A stretch of 64,000 nt of DNA from an uncultured Acidimicrobiaceae bacterium (GTDB lineage: Bacteria; Actinomycetota; Acidimicrobiia; Spongiisociales; UBA5794): the NCBI GenBank assembly GCA_964569015.1, contig CAZMSN010000003.1, positions 9,257 to 73,256 on the forward strand, given 5' to 3'. The translations under genes and the position numbers were made by a program. Under the pieces are notes generated by a model that did no database searches, was not told the DNA's origin, and saw nothing but the letters and a program-made list of their open reading frames with translations. Shown here one piece after another: positions 47,652 through 61,543 of the stretch; position 1 is the first letter of the stretch, and each line of letters starts with the position of its first letter.

Positions 47652-47684
47652 GGGGTGGAGGGCCGGGCAACCGGCCTTCCCCCT
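47652..47684 (+). terminator. GC-rich hairpin between the pilP-like gene and aroC
   Basis: GGGG-t-GGAGGGCCGG-gcaa-CCGGCCTTCC-CCCC, a ~10-14-bp stem. It could be a terminator or attenuator at the end of the pilus operon. Confidence 0.3.
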
Positions 47685-47736
47685 GTTGTGGCATAGTGGC
47701 GGGCAGGGGCGGCGGCGGCGGGTACCATCAGTCGCC

Positions 47737-48888
47737 ATGTTGCGATTTCTCACCGCAGGCGAATCACACGGGCCGGGCCTGGTGGCCGTCGTCGAAGGCT
47801 TGCCCGCCGGGCTGGACGTGTCGCGAGACGGCATCGGCGCCGAGTTGGCGCGGCGCCGGCTCGGCTACGGTCGCGGCCGGCGCATGCTGGTGGAACGGGA
47901 CGAGGTGGAGATCCTTGGCGGGGTGCGTTTCGGCCGGACGCTGGGAAGCCCCGTCGCGGTGGTCATTCGAAACACCGAATGGGCAAAGTGGGCTGAGGAG
48001 ATGTCGCCGGCGCCGGGACGATCCCACCGTGAGCTGAGCACCCCCCGTCCTGGCCACGCCGACCTCTGCGGGATGCTGAAGTACGACAGCCACGACGCCA
48101 GGGACATCCTCGAACGCGCCTCGGCTCGGGAGACCGCGGCCCTCACCGTGGTCGGCTATCTGGCCAAGCAACTCCTGGCCATCCTCGACATGTCGGTGCT
48201 CAGCCACGTGGTACGCATCGGATCGGTCGTGGCGAAGTCCGAGCGTCTCCCCAGGCCAGACGATCTCGCCGCGATCGACGCGTCGTCGGTACGGGTCTTG
48301 GATTCGACGTACGCCGACGCGATGGTGGCCGAGATCGAGGCTGCAAAAGAGGACCGTGACACGCTCGGCGGGGTCGTCGAGGTACTGGCCTACGGGGTGC
48401 CTGTCGGCCTGGGGAGCCACGCGCACCACGATCGGCGTCTGGACGCTCGGCTCGCCGAGGCGCTCATGTCGATCCAAGGGATCAAGGGCGTCGAGATCGG
48501 CGACGGCTTCGCAGTGGCGGAGAAGCGGGGCTCGATTGCCCACGATGAGATCTACTACGAAGCGGGAGAGTTCGTTCGCCACACCGGACGGGCCGGCGGG
48601 ACCGAGGGCGGGATCAGTATGGGAGGTCTCCTCCGGGTGCGAGCCGCCATGAAGCCCATCTCAACGGTCATGCGCCCGCTCGACACCGTCGATGTCAACA
48701 CCAAGGAAGCCGACAAGGCGTTCCGGGAACGGAGTGACGTGTGCGCGGTGCCGGCCGCGGGTGTGGCGGCTGAGCAGATGGTCGCGATCGTGCTCGCCCA
48801 AGAGGCGCAGCGGAAATTCGGCGGCGACACCATGAGCGACATGCGGGGAGCACTCGAAGCATACCGCAGCCGCATCGCCTCCTTCTGA
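47737..48888 (+). CDS. aroC: Chorismate synthase
   Basis: 383 aa, MLRFLTAGESHGPGLVAVVEGLPAGL, canonical. Confidence 0.95.
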   Translation: MLRFLTAGESHGPGLVAVVEGLPAGLDVSRDGIGAELARRRLGYGRGRRMLVERDEVEILGGVRFGRTLGSPVAVVIRNTEWAKWAEEMSPAPGRSHRELSTPRPGHADLCGMLKYDSHDARDILERASARETAALTVVGYLAKQLLAILDMSVLSHVVRIGSVVAKSERLPRPDDLAAIDASSVRVLDSTYADAMVAEIEAAKEDRDTLGGVVEVLAYGVPVGLGSHAHHDRRLDARLAEALMSIQGIKGVEIGDGFAVAEKRGSIAHDEIYYEAGEFVRHTGRAGGTEGGISMGGLLRVRAAMKPISTVMRPLDTVDVNTKEADKAFRERSDVCAVPAAGVAAEQMVAIVLAQEAQRKFGGDTMSDMRGALEAYRSRIASF

Positions 48889-48890
48889 GT

Positions 48891-49406
48891 GTGATGAGCG
48901 GGCATCTCTGGCTGATCGGGATGATGGGCGCCGGGAAGACCTCGGTGGGCCGAGTGATGTCCTGGCGGCTCGAAGTGCCGTTCTACGACACGGATGAGGA
49001 CGTGGAGGCGGAAGCCGGCTGCCCGATCGCGTGTCTGTGGAAGGAGCAAGGCGAGCCGGCGTTCCGAGAGATGGAGGCCGCCGCGGTGCAACGGGTAGCG
49101 GGGTACCCTCCCGGCGTTGTGGCCACCGGGGGCGGAGTGGTGCTCGACAGACGCAACGTGACGGCGATGCGCTCCGGGGGTGTCGTCGCCTGGCTCAGAG
49201 CTCCGGCGGAGGAGCTGAGCCGGCGGGTGGGCGCCGACGCCGAGCGCCCGTTGCTGGCCGACGGCGAGGCTGCGGGGCGTCTCGGCGAGCTGCTCGACGC
49301 CAGGTCGGATCGTTACCGGGACGCGGCGAACTTCGTGATCGACACCGCCGGGCGCACGCCCGAGGATGTGGCAACCGAGATCGAGGCGCTGTGGATCCGA
49401 TCCTGA
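48891..49406 (+). CDS. aroK: Shikimate kinase
   Basis: P-loop GMMGAGKTSVGR. 171 aa. Confidence 0.9.
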   Translation: MMSGHLWLIGMMGAGKTSVGRVMSWRLEVPFYDTDEDVEAEAGCPIACLWKEQGEPAFREMEAAAVQRVAGYPPGVVATGGGVVLDRRNVTAMRSGGVVAWLRAPAEELSRRVGADAERPLLADGEAAGRLGELLDARSDRYRDAANFVIDTAGRTPEDVATEIEALWIRS

Positions 49407-50440
49407 TCTCCGAAGGTTCTACGCCGGTCTCCGAGATCCGTGTGGAGGGCGACGCCTTGGCACGGGCGGACACGCTCTTGCCGGCGTCGGCCCGGCGGCG
49501 GCGGGTCGCCATCCTCACCCAGCCGCCACCGGCTCATCATGCCCGCCGCGTCGCGCGGACGCTGCGCGCGGAGGGGTACACGGTCTCCATCAGGATTCTG
49601 CCCGATCGCGAGGAGGCGAAGACGCTGTCGGTTGCCGGCGACTGTTATCTCTGGCTCAACGATCTCGAGTTCACGCGACATGACACGGTGGTCGGTGTCG
49701 GCGGGGGAGCCGTCACCGACCTGGCGGGCTTCGTGGCCGCCACCTACCTGCGGGGGGTGGAGGCGACGATGGTTCCGACGACCTTGCTGGGCGCGGTCGA
49801 TGCCGCCATCGGAGGGAAGACGGCCGTCAACGTGGGCGGCAAGAACCTGGCCGGGGCGTTTCGTCATCCGGCCCGAGTCGTCATCGATCCCGATCTGCTC
49901 AGGGACCTCCCCGTCGAGCTGATTCGAGAGGGTGCGGCCGAGGCACTCAAGGCCGGGCTGATCGCAGACCCGGACCTGGTGGCTCTCTATGAGCGGTTCG
50001 GGCTCGATGCGCCGCTGGATGAGGTGGTCACCCGGGCCGTGCGCGTCAAGGCGGCAGTGGTCTCGGAGGACTTCACCGAACAGGGACGACGGGCGGTGCT
50101 CAACTACGGGCACACCGTGGGTCATGCGATCGAGACCGCCACCGGGATCTCCCACGGGCACGCGGTGGCGATCGGCATGGTGGCGGCGGCGGCGGTCGCC
50201 GCCGAGCTGGTCGGTTTCGGAGAAGGAGAGCGGCAGCAGCGGGTGATCGAGCAGATCGGCCTTCCGGTCGCGGCGCCACTGGTCGACGCGACCGAGATCC
50301 GGCGTCTGATGATGCTCGACAAGAAGAGAGACGACCAGGGCCTGCGCATGGTGCTGCTGGAGCGCATCGGCGAGGCGGTGGTTCGGCCCGTCGACGCCGC
50401 TAGCGTGGATACTGCGCTCGAGGCCGTCGCGATCGTCTGA
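49391..50440 (+). CDS. aroB: 3-dehydroquinate synthase
   Basis: NAD-binding GGGAVTDLAGF and metal ligands. The GTG 49391 start overlaps aroK by 16 nt. The ORF is open from 49031. Confidence 0.9.
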   Translation: MDPILISEGSTPVSEIRVEGDALARADTLLPASARRRRVAILTQPPPAHHARRVARTLRAEGYTVSIRILPDREEAKTLSVAGDCYLWLNDLEFTRHDTVVGVGGGAVTDLAGFVAATYLRGVEATMVPTTLLGAVDAAIGGKTAVNVGGKNLAGAFRHPARVVIDPDLLRDLPVELIREGAAEALKAGLIADPDLVALYERFGLDAPLDEVVTRAVRVKAAVVSEDFTEQGRRAVLNYGHTVGHAIETATGISHGHAVAIGMVAAAAVAAELVGFGEGERQQRVIEQIGLPVAAPLVDATEIRRLMMLDKKRDDQGLRMVLLERIGEAVVRPVDAASVDTALEAVAIV

Positions 50441-50453
50441 GTGCCGGCCGAAG

Positions 50454-51530
50454 ATGACAGAGGAGCCGATGGACTACAGCCGCCGCATCCGCAGCCTGAC
50501 GCGGGACCTCGAGCAGCCGTTGCTCGTCACTGATCTCAGGAACATTCGGTATCTGACCGGCTTCACGGGAAGCAGCGCGTCCTTGCTGGCGACCCCGTCG
50601 GGTTGCACGTTCTTCACGGATGGACGCTACAGCGAGACGGCCGAGGAGCTAGTTTCCGGACTTCCCGACACGAAGCTGGTGGTCTCCACCTCCGGTCTGC
50701 ACGAAACGCTGTCCCAGGCCATGTCGAGCGAGGCCGAAGTACAGCTCGAGGCCGCCCACGTGACCTGGGATTTCGTGGACAGACTGCGCCACGAGACCTC
50801 TGCCGAGCTGATCGCCAGCACCGGGATCGTAGAGCGGTACCGGCGGTGCAAGGACTCCGAGGAGATCGAGGCGCTGCGGCGGGCCGCCGCCGCCGGAGAC
50901 GACGCCTTCGCCCTTCTCTCCGACCTGCTGGAGACCTCGACGACTGAAGAGAACCTCGCCGAGAGGCTGGTGATGGCGATGAGGGAAGCAGGCGGCGAGC
51001 GGGCCGGATGGGGGCCAATCGTCGCCGCGGGCGCCAACGCGTCTCGGCCCCATCACGAAACGGGAGCCGACCAGGTGGGACCGGGTGTCCTGCTGCTGGA
51101 CTACGGCTGCACCGTGGCCGGGTACCACTCCGACATGTCCAGGACCGTGCACACGAGCGAGGCGGCCGACCCGGAACTGGATCGTGTCCACCGGGCGGTG
51201 CAGGAGGCGAACGAGGCAGGCATCGCCGCGGTGAGCCCCGGGGTCGTCGCGGGGGATGTTGACGCGGTGTGCCGGAAGGTGCTCGAGAACCACGGCTACG
51301 CCGAGTACTTCACCCATTCGACGGGCCACGGTGTCGGGCTGGACATCCACGAAGAGCCATGGCTGCGGCGTGGCTCCGAGGACGTGCTGGAGCCGGGCCA
51401 CGTTGTCACCGTCGAGCCTGGGGTGTATCTGCCCGGCAGGCTCGGGGTGCGCATCGAGGACATGGTCCTCGTCACCGAGAGCGGCCACGAGGTCCTCACG
51501 AGTTCGAGCAAGGAGCTGCGACACGCATGA
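50454..51530 (+). CDS. pepP: Xaa-Pro aminopeptidase (M24 family)
   Basis: Creatinase N-domain plus M24 pita-bread domain ([13 protein letters not shown]). Confidence 0.85.
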   Translation: MTEEPMDYSRRIRSLTRDLEQPLLVTDLRNIRYLTGFTGSSASLLATPSGCTFFTDGRYSETAEELVSGLPDTKLVVSTSGLHETLSQAMSSEAEVQLEAAHVTWDFVDRLRHETSAELIASTGIVERYRRCKDSEEIEALRRAAAAGDDAFALLSDLLETSTTEENLAERLVMAMREAGGERAGWGPIVAAGANASRPHHETGADQVGPGVLLLDYGCTVAGYHSDMSRTVHTSEAADPELDRVHRAVQEANEAGIAAVSPGVVAGDVDAVCRKVLENHGYAEYFTHSTGHGVGLDIHEEPWLRRGSEDVLEPGHVVTVEPGVYLPGRLGVRIEDMVLVTESGHEVLTSSSKELRHA

Positions 51531-52087
51531 TCTCGACCAACGACGTCAAACCGGGCATGGCTCTGAATCTCCCGGAAGGGCTTTTTTCGGTCGTGGACTA
51601 TCAGCATGTCAAGCCTGGCAAGGGCAAGGCCTTCGTGCGGATGAAGCTCAAGAACGTGGAGACCGGCGCAGTGCTCGATCGCACCTTCCGCGCCGGCGAG
51701 AACGTCCCGCGCGCTGTGATCAATCGGCAAGACTTCCAGTTTCTCTTCAGGGACGACATGGGATTCCATTGCATGAACAGCGACACGTTCGAGCAGATGG
51801 CGGTAGCGACGGACCTGGTCGGTGATGCTGCCGATTACCTGGTGGAAGGCATGACTGTGCAACTCAACCTGTTCGAGGGTCAGCCCGTCGGTGTCGAGCT
51901 TCCCGCCTCGGTGGAGCTGGAAGTCACTCACGCCGAGCCGGGTGTCAAAGGCGACCGGGTCTCCGGTGCCACCAAGCCGGTGACCATGGGGACCGGCCTC
52001 GTCATCCAGGCTCCGCTGTTCGTCGAGGAGGGTGACGTGGTCAAGGTGGACACCCGGACCGGGGACTACATCACGCGGGTGTCGTGA
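51527..52087 (+). CDS. efp: Elongation factor P
   Basis: 186 aa, [13 protein letters not shown]...[12 protein letters not shown] overlap. Confidence 0.95.
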   Translation: MISTNDVKPGMALNLPEGLFSVVDYQHVKPGKGKAFVRMKLKNVETGAVLDRTFRAGENVPRAVINRQDFQFLFRDDMGFHCMNSDTFEQMAVATDLVGDAADYLVEGMTVQLNLFEGQPVGVELPASVELEVTHAEPGVKGDRVSGATKPVTMGTGLVIQAPLFVEEGDVVKVDTRTGDYITRVS

Positions 52088-52464
52088 TCCGGGGGAATCC
52101 TCGTCAGCAGGCGCTCGGTGCGCTCTACGCCGCCGAAGCGCAGCGCCGCGACGCTCCCGACCTCGCGGACTTGACGGCGCGGGCGGCCCGGATGGTGACC
52201 GGGGTATGGAAACACCTCGAGGAGCTGGACACTGCGATCGGCGCCGCGGCCACCGGCTGGCGCCTCGAGCGCATGCCGGCGGTGGATCGCAACCTTCTTC
52301 GCCTCGCGTTGTACGAACTGCGCTACACCAATACCCCGGTGGGCGTGATCGCCTCCGAGGCGGTCATTCTCGCCAAGGAGTACTCGACCGAGCGGAGCGG
52401 CTCGTTCGTCAACGGCGTGATCGCCAAGCTCGCGGAGGAACGCGGGAGTCCGGCGGAGAGCTGA
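52084..52464 (+). CDS. nusB: Transcription antitermination factor NusB
   Basis: 126 aa with the NusB fold ([20 protein letters not shown]). Confidence 0.9.
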   Translation: MIRGNPRQQALGALYAAEAQRRDAPDLADLTARAARMVTGVWKHLEELDTAIGAAATGWRLERMPAVDRNLLRLALYELRYTNTPVGVIASEAVILAKEYSTERSGSFVNGVIAKLAEERGSPAES

Positions 52465-52610
52465 CCTGGTCGCGGGCAGTTCACTGGGTGGGGAAGGCCG
52501 CTCCGGGGCTGAGGGCGCCTTCGCCCGAGAACGGGCCAGGTCGAGTTTTCGCGTTCGGGGGCGAGCATCGTAAGGGTTGGAGGAGTTGGTGCTATGGTCC
52601 GTTGAGCCAA

Positions 52611-52642
52611 CCTTTAAGCCCGGTTCCGTGAGGCCGGAAAGG
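52611..52642 (+). promoter_or_regulatory. PyrR-binding-loop-like RNA hairpin (pyr attenuator/translational operator)
   Basis: CCUUUAAGCCCGGUUCCGUGAGGCCGGAAAGG. A stem flanks the motif UCC-GUGAGG-CC-GGAAAGG, which resembles the Bacillus/mycobacterial PyrR binding loop consensus UCCAGAGAGGCU...GNGAAGG. It lies immediately 5' of, and overlaps, the GGAAAGGAAGGAG Shine-Dalgarno region of the leader ORF. Confidence 0.5.
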
Positions 52643-52653
52643 AAGGAGCACCG

Positions 52654-52728
52654 ATGAAGACGCCGAAAGGCGCGTCCCGGTCCGCGGCGCGAGACGCCGC
52701 ATCTCCCGTGATTCTTGGAGCAGGCTGA
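52654..52728 (+). CDS. Putative 24-codon pyr leader peptide ORF, translationally coupled to pyrR
   Basis: ATG 52654 is preceded by the strong Shine-Dalgarno GGAAAGGAAGGAG. Its stop TGA (52726-52728) overlaps the pyrR ATG as TGATG. Confidence 0.35.
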   Translation: MKTPKGASRSAARDAASPVILGAG

Positions 52729-53282
52729 TGCGCGCCGTCATGACGGGGGACGACGTTGAACGGGCTCTGCGCCGCATCGCCTACGAGATCCTCGAACGCA
52801 ATCGAGGCGCCGAGGATCTCGTGCTGCTGGGGATCCACACCCGTGGAGCGCCACTCGCCGTTCGGCTGGGCAGGTACCTCGCCGACATCGAAGAGACCGG
52901 GGTCGAGGTGGGGACACTCGACATCGGCATGTATCGGGATGACCTCGATCAGCGGCCGACGACGCCGCTGGGGCCGACCGAGATTCCGGTATCGCTCGAC
53001 GGCCGCACCGTGGTGCTGGTCGACGACGTCCTGTACACGGGGCGCACCATCCGGGCTGCGCTCGATGCCCTTGCCGACATCGGGCGGGCACGCCGCGTCC
53101 AACTGGCGGTGCTCGTCGATCGGGGGCATCGGGAGCTGCCGATCAGGGCCGACTACGTGGGGAAGAACATGCCGACGTCGCTCGACGAGCGAGTGATGGT
53201 GAAGATCGACGAGATCGACGGGGCAGAGGGTGTGTGGATCGAAGACCGGCCGCCGGTTGAAGCGGAAGGAGAGGGTCGATGA
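52728..53282 (+). CDS. pyrR: Bifunctional pyr operon regulator / uracil phosphoribosyltransferase PyrR
   Basis: 184 aa with the PRTase motif [18 protein letters not shown] and N-terminus ...[13 protein letters not shown]. Confidence 0.9.
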   Translation: MRAVMTGDDVERALRRIAYEILERNRGAEDLVLLGIHTRGAPLAVRLGRYLADIEETGVEVGTLDIGMYRDDLDQRPTTPLGPTEIPVSLDGRTVVLVDDVLYTGRTIRAALDALADIGRARRVQLAVLVDRGHRELPIRADYVGKNMPTSLDERVMVKIDEIDGAEGVWIEDRPPVEAEGEGR

Positions 53283-54196
53283 GAGATCTGCTGTCGACCG
53301 AGGGGCTCGACCGGGCGACGCTGGAGAGCCTGCTCGACGATGGGGAGGAGTTCGCCGAGGTGCTCCGCCGCCCGATTCCCAAGGTGCCCGCACTGCGCGG
53401 CAAGACGGTCGCCACCATGTTCTTCGAGCCATCGACGCGTACCCGTCTCTCGTTCGAGCGGGCCGCCAGGGCGCTGTCGGCGGACACGCTGTCGTTTGCG
53501 CCGGGAACCTCATCGCTGAAGAAGGGGGAGAGCCTCAAGGACACCGTGCTGACCATCCAGGCCATGGGGGCCGATCTCATGGTGGTGCGCCACACCTCCA
53601 CCGGTGCCCCATGGCGGGTTGCAGAGTGGACCCACCTCCCGGTGATCAACGGAGGGGACGGTGCCCATCAGCACCCGACCCAGGCGCTGCTGGATGCGCT
53701 GACGCTGCGGCAGCGTTTCGGGAGTCTCGACGGACTACGCATCGGCATCGTCGGCGACATCCGCCATTCCCGGGTGGCGCGTTCCGACGTGTTCGCTTTC
53801 TCCACGCTGGGGGCCGAGGTCACCCTGGTGGCGCCGCCGACGTTGCTGCCTCCGGATCTGACCGGGTGGCCGGTGGAGGTGGCGCGCGAGCTCGATGACG
53901 TCCTCACGGAGCTGGATGCGATCTACCTGCTCCGAGTCCAGTCGGAGCGGGGTGGAGCATCGGTGTTCCCATCGGTGCAGGAGTATCGCCAGCGTTTCGG
54001 GATGACCCGCCAAAGACTTGCGCGCCTCAAGCCGGACACGGCTGTGCTCCATCCCGGTCCGATGATCCGCGGGGTGGAGATCGACCACGAGGTCGCCGAT
54101 GATGCGAGATGCCTGGTGCTCAACCAGGTGGCCAACGGGGTAGCGGTGCGCATGGCGGCGCTGTTCCAGCTGCTCGGGGGTGAGCGCGATGAGTGA
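53279..54196 (+). CDS. pyrB: Aspartate carbamoyltransferase catalytic subunit
   Basis: STRTR and HPxQ motifs. 305 aa. Confidence 0.95.
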   Translation: MRDLLSTEGLDRATLESLLDDGEEFAEVLRRPIPKVPALRGKTVATMFFEPSTRTRLSFERAARALSADTLSFAPGTSSLKKGESLKDTVLTIQAMGADLMVVRHTSTGAPWRVAEWTHLPVINGGDGAHQHPTQALLDALTLRQRFGSLDGLRIGIVGDIRHSRVARSDVFAFSTLGAEVTLVAPPTLLPPDLTGWPVEVARELDDVLTELDAIYLLRVQSERGGASVFPSVQEYRQRFGMTRQRLARLKPDTAVLHPGPMIRGVEIDHEVADDARCLVLNQVANGVAVRMAALFQLLGGERDE

Positions 54197-55481
54197 GGTG
54201 ACGCTGCGCAACGCTGTGATCGTTGCGGACGGGCGAGCCCTGGAGGGACGCAACGATCTCGTGGTTCGCGACGACGTGGTGGCGGAGATCGGCCCGAATC
54301 TCGAGCCGGCGGGCGACGTGATCGACTGTGACGGCGCTTGGGTGGGTCCCGGGCTGGTAGACGTGCACACCCATTTGCGTGAGCCCGGCCAGGAGTGGAA
54401 AGAGGACATCGCGTCCGGTTCGGCGGCGGCGGCCGCCGGCGGATATACCGCGGTGGTCGCCATGCCGAACACCGAACCCGCCATCGACGCCGGTCATCTG
54501 GCGCGGTACGTCCAGGAACGGGGACGCGAGGTCGGGTTGGTGGATGTGATGTCGGCCGGGTGCATCACCGCCGGGCGCCGCGGTCAGAAGCTCGCACACC
54601 TCGATGAGCTGTGGGACGCCGGGGTTCGCCTGTTCACCGACGACGGCGACTCGGTGGCGGATGCCGGGCTGCTGCGGCGGGCGATGGAGTACCTCGCCGA
54701 GCGGGGCGGTGTGATCGCGGAGCATTGTATGGACGCCGGCCTTGCTGCCGGTGGCCAGGTTCACGAGGGCGAGGTGGCATCCCGACTCGGGATGGCGACG
54801 ATTCCCCGTGAGGCGGAAGAGATGATCATCGCCCGCGATTTCGCGCTGGTGCGACTCACCGGGGCTCGCTACCACGTGCAGCACGTCTCCACCGCCGGCG
54901 CGGTGGAGCTGGTGGCGGCAGCGAAGGCCGAGGGTCTCCCGGTGACCGCCGAGGCGACACCGCACCATCTCTGCTTCGATCACTCGTACGTCGAGGAAGC
55001 CAACCCGGTCTACAAGATGATGCCGCCGTTGCGGGAGCTCTCGGACGTGGAGGCGATTCGCCAAGCCCTCCGGGACGGGATCATCGACGTCGTGGGGACC
55101 GATCACGCCCCGCACGCCGCCCATGAGAAGGACGTGCCGTGGGAGGAGGCGCCTTTTGGCGTCATCGGTTTGGAGTGGGCCGGCGCGGTGGTGAACACCA
55201 TGGTCGGGCTCGACCCCGAGGCGTTCTTCCGGGTTCTCTCGGGCACTCCGGCGAATCTGGTCGGACTCGAGCACCACGGGCGGCTCGCGGTCGGGAGGGA
55301 CGCAAACATCGTCGTGTTCGCCCCGAACCAAGCGGCGGACACGAGCCGGACGGTGTCAATGGCGCCGAACTCACCCTACCTCGGAATGGAACTGCGAGGT
55401 CGGGTGATCCACACGATGCTGCGGGGCCGGCTGACGGTGCGCGACGGAGAAGCCGCGACGCCAGCGGGAGCGGCTGGGTGA
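54180..55481 (+). CDS. pyrC: Dihydroorotase
   Basis: 433 aa amidohydrolase (DVHTHLREPG, DHAPH). The start is GTG 54180 or ATG 54189. Confidence 0.9.
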   Translation: MSAMSEVTLRNAVIVADGRALEGRNDLVVRDDVVAEIGPNLEPAGDVIDCDGAWVGPGLVDVHTHLREPGQEWKEDIASGSAAAAAGGYTAVVAMPNTEPAIDAGHLARYVQERGREVGLVDVMSAGCITAGRRGQKLAHLDELWDAGVRLFTDDGDSVADAGLLRRAMEYLAERGGVIAEHCMDAGLAAGGQVHEGEVASRLGMATIPREAEEMIIARDFALVRLTGARYHVQHVSTAGAVELVAAAKAEGLPVTAEATPHHLCFDHSYVEEANPVYKMMPPLRELSDVEAIRQALRDGIIDVVGTDHAPHAAHEKDVPWEEAPFGVIGLEWAGAVVNTMVGLDPEAFFRVLSGTPANLVGLEHHGRLAVGRDANIVVFAPNQAADTSRTVSMAPNSPYLGMELRGRVIHTMLRGRLTVRDGEAATPAGAAG

Positions 55482-56628
55482 ACGCCGGGACGCTGGTGCT
55501 CGCCGATGGGGAACGTTTTGGAGGTGTGTCGGTCGGCGCCGAAGGCGTGGCGACCGGCGAGGTGGTGTTCAACACCGCCATGGCCGGGTACCAGGAGATC
55601 GTGACCGATCCGTCCTACGCCGGCCAGATCGTGGTGATGACGGCTCCCCACATCGGCAACTACGGGACCAACCCAGGAGACTCCCAATCTGAGGCGCCCC
55701 ATTGCACTGGTCTGGTGGTGCGCTCGATGAGCCCGCGAGCTTCCAGCTGGAGGTCCGAGGAAGGCTTCGACTCCTACCTGCGCCGGCACGGCGTGGTGGT
55801 CCTCTCGGAGGTGGACACCCGGCGGCTGACCCGCCACATCCGTGATCACGGAGCCCAACCGGCCGCCATGGGCGCAGGGATCTCTCCGGCCGAGCTGGCG
55901 GAGAAGGCGGCGGCGGCGCCCCGCATGGAAGGCCAGGACCTGACCCGTCTCGTCACGACCGCCCGGCCGTATCGGATCGATGCCGAAGGGCCGACCCGGG
56001 GAAGGGTCGTCGCCTACGATTTCGGGCTGAAGCGCGACATTCTCCGCCACCTCGCCCACCGCGGCTTCGAGGTGGTGGTGGTGCCTGCGACCACATCGGC
56101 CGACGCCGTGCTGGCGGAATCGCCGCAGGGCGTCTTCCTCTCCAACGGCCCGGGGGATCCGGAGCCCCTCGTCGAGCCGGTTGAGGCGGTGAGGGCTCTG
56201 CTGGGGAGAGTTCCGATCTTCGGGATCTGTCTCGGGCATCAGGTGCTCGGGCTGGCACTGGGGGCGGAGACCTTCAAGCTCCCGTTCGGCCATCACGGTG
56301 GCAATCATCCGGTGCGCTGTCTCGCCGACGGGACAATCGAGATCACCTCTCAGAACCACGGGTTCGCGGTGGACCTCTGGCCTTTGGCCCATCGTGTGGC
56401 GCCGCCGCCGACGCAACCTGCCGGACCGGAGCTGCTCCCGCCGCCGGTGGAAGGGCCCTTCGGTGTCGTGGTGGCGACCCACCAGAACCTCAACGACGGC
56501 ACACTCGAAGGGTTCGAATGCCGGGATGTCCCCGCCTTCTCGGTCCAGTACCACCCGGAGGCGGCGCCCGGGCCGAGCGACGCGACTTCCCACTTCGACC
56601 GTTTTGTCGATCTGATGGCGGTGGGGTG

Positions 56629-56629
<1 letters not shown>
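55478..56629 (+). CDS. carA: Carbamoyl-phosphate synthase small subunit
   Basis: GATase domain (GICLGHQ, catalytic His/Glu). The GTG overlaps the pyrC stop. Confidence 0.95.
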
Positions 56630-59875
<3,246 letters not shown>

Positions 59876-59883
<8 letters not shown>

Positions 59884-60787
59884 TCTGAACGTTCGCCTCG
59901 GGAGCCATGTGATGCAGTCGCCGCTGGTGGCGGCGAGCGGCACGGTGGGGTCCGTGGTCGACTGCGCCGACGTGAGCGCCTTCGATGTCTATGGAGCTGC
60001 GGTCGCCAAGTCTGTGAGCAGGGAGCCTTGGCCGGGGCAGCCGGCGCCGCGACTCGCGCCCATTGCTGTGGGCATGCTCAACGGCATCGGGATCCAGAAC
60101 CCGGGGATCGATGCCTGGGTGGAGCAGTACGGCTCGAGGCTGGCCGGTGCTCCTACGCAGGTGTGGGGCTCGGCAGTCGGCAACGATCCGGCGGAGTTCG
60201 CGGAGGTCACCGAGGGCCTGGCCGCGGCGGGAGTCGCTGCGATCGAGCTGAACCTGTCGTGTCCCAATCTCGAGCAGGGCCGCATGTTTGCACTCGATGC
60301 GTCGGCAGCGGCCGCGGTCGTGGCCGCGGTGCGGGAGACGACCACGCTTCCGGTCGGAGCCAAGCTGTCACCGAACGCCGAGGACATCGTCGCAGTCGCC
60401 GACGCGGTAGCGACCGGCGGTGCCGATTGGGTCGTGCTGACCAATTCGGTGTGGGGGATGGCCATCGACGTCGAGAAGCGCCGCCCGGTGCTGTCGCGGG
60501 GCGTTGGCGGCTACTCCGGGCTCGCACTGAAGCCGATCGCCATGCGCTGCGTGTGGGAGGTGCATGAGGCGCTGCCTGGCCTTCCCATCGTTGGATGCGG
60601 CGGAGTGCGCACCGGATCCGACGTGGCGGAGTACCTGCTCGCCGGGGCGTCGGCGGTGATGATCGGTACTGCCCACTTCGCCGAGCCCCGGTGCGGGGCG
60701 CGCATCATCGGAGAGCTGGCGCGGTACTGCCGGCGCCACGGCGTCACCGCCGTGGCAGACCTCGTCGGAGGTGCCGCCGCGTGGTGA
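59876..60787 (+). CDS. pyrD: Dihydroorotate dehydrogenase, class 1
   Basis: 303 aa with N-terminus [19 protein letters not shown], cytosolic, no membrane anchor. There is no adjacent pyrK, which suggests a 1A-type enzyme. Overlaps the end of carB by 8 nt. Confidence 0.85.
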
Positions 60788-61509
60788 GCAATCGCCCTCC
60801 CATCCTGGTGGCGCTGGACCTGCCGACTGGCGAAGAAGCCGTGCGCCTCGCCAAGAGCGTCGCTCCCCACGTCGGAGGCTTCAAGATCGGTCTGGGGCTG
60901 CTCTATGGCCCCGGGGCCGCGGTGACGACCGCTCTTGTGTCCTTCGGCCTGCCGGTGCTGGTGGACGCCAAGCTGCACGACATTCCGAGCCAGGTCGGGG
61001 CCGCGTCACGGCGGCTCGGCCGTCTTGGTGCCCGCTGGGTGACGGCGCACGTGGCCGGGGGAGTGGCGATGCTAGAAGCGGCGGCCGAGGGCCTCGGCGA
61101 GACATCGGGCGGCTCGGCCGGCGTGCTCGGAGTCACCGTTCTCACCAGTCTCGACGGGGCTGCGCTGAGCGCGGTGGGCATTGCCGCAACGCCCGGCAAG
61201 CTCGTGTCGAGCATGGCGAAGGCGGCGGCGAGGTCGGGATGCGAGGGACTGGTGTGCTCCCCTCGAGAGCTGCAAGTGGTGGCGACGGTGGCACCCGAGC
61301 TGATCAAGGTGACCCCGGGGATTCGTCCTCAGGGAGTCGAGACCGGTGACCAGAGCAGGATCGGCACTCCGGCTTTCGCCATTGCTCGTGGAGCCGACTG
61401 GCTGGTGGTGGGACGGGCCATCACGGGGGCGGCCGATCCGGTAGCCGCCGCGGCGGCGATCGCGGCTGAGGTGAAGACGGTGATCCCGGAGTCGGGCGTC
61501 GACGCTTGA
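60784..61509 (+). CDS. pyrF: Orotidine 5'-phosphate decarboxylase
   Basis: 241 aa: ILVALDLP...DAKLHDIP, with a Lys in the active site. Confidence 0.85.
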   Translation: MSNRPPILVALDLPTGEEAVRLAKSVAPHVGGFKIGLGLLYGPGAAVTTALVSFGLPVLVDAKLHDIPSQVGAASRRLGRLGARWVTAHVAGGVAMLEAAAEGLGETSGGSAGVLGVTVLTSLDGAALSAVGIAATPGKLVSSMAKAAARSGCEGLVCSPRELQVVATVAPELIKVTPGIRPQGVETGDQSRIGTPAFAIARGADWLVVGRAITGAADPVAAAAAIAAEVKTVIPESGVDA

Positions 61510-61543
61510 TAGAGTGCCGGAGTCATCGGGAGGAGATGCACAC

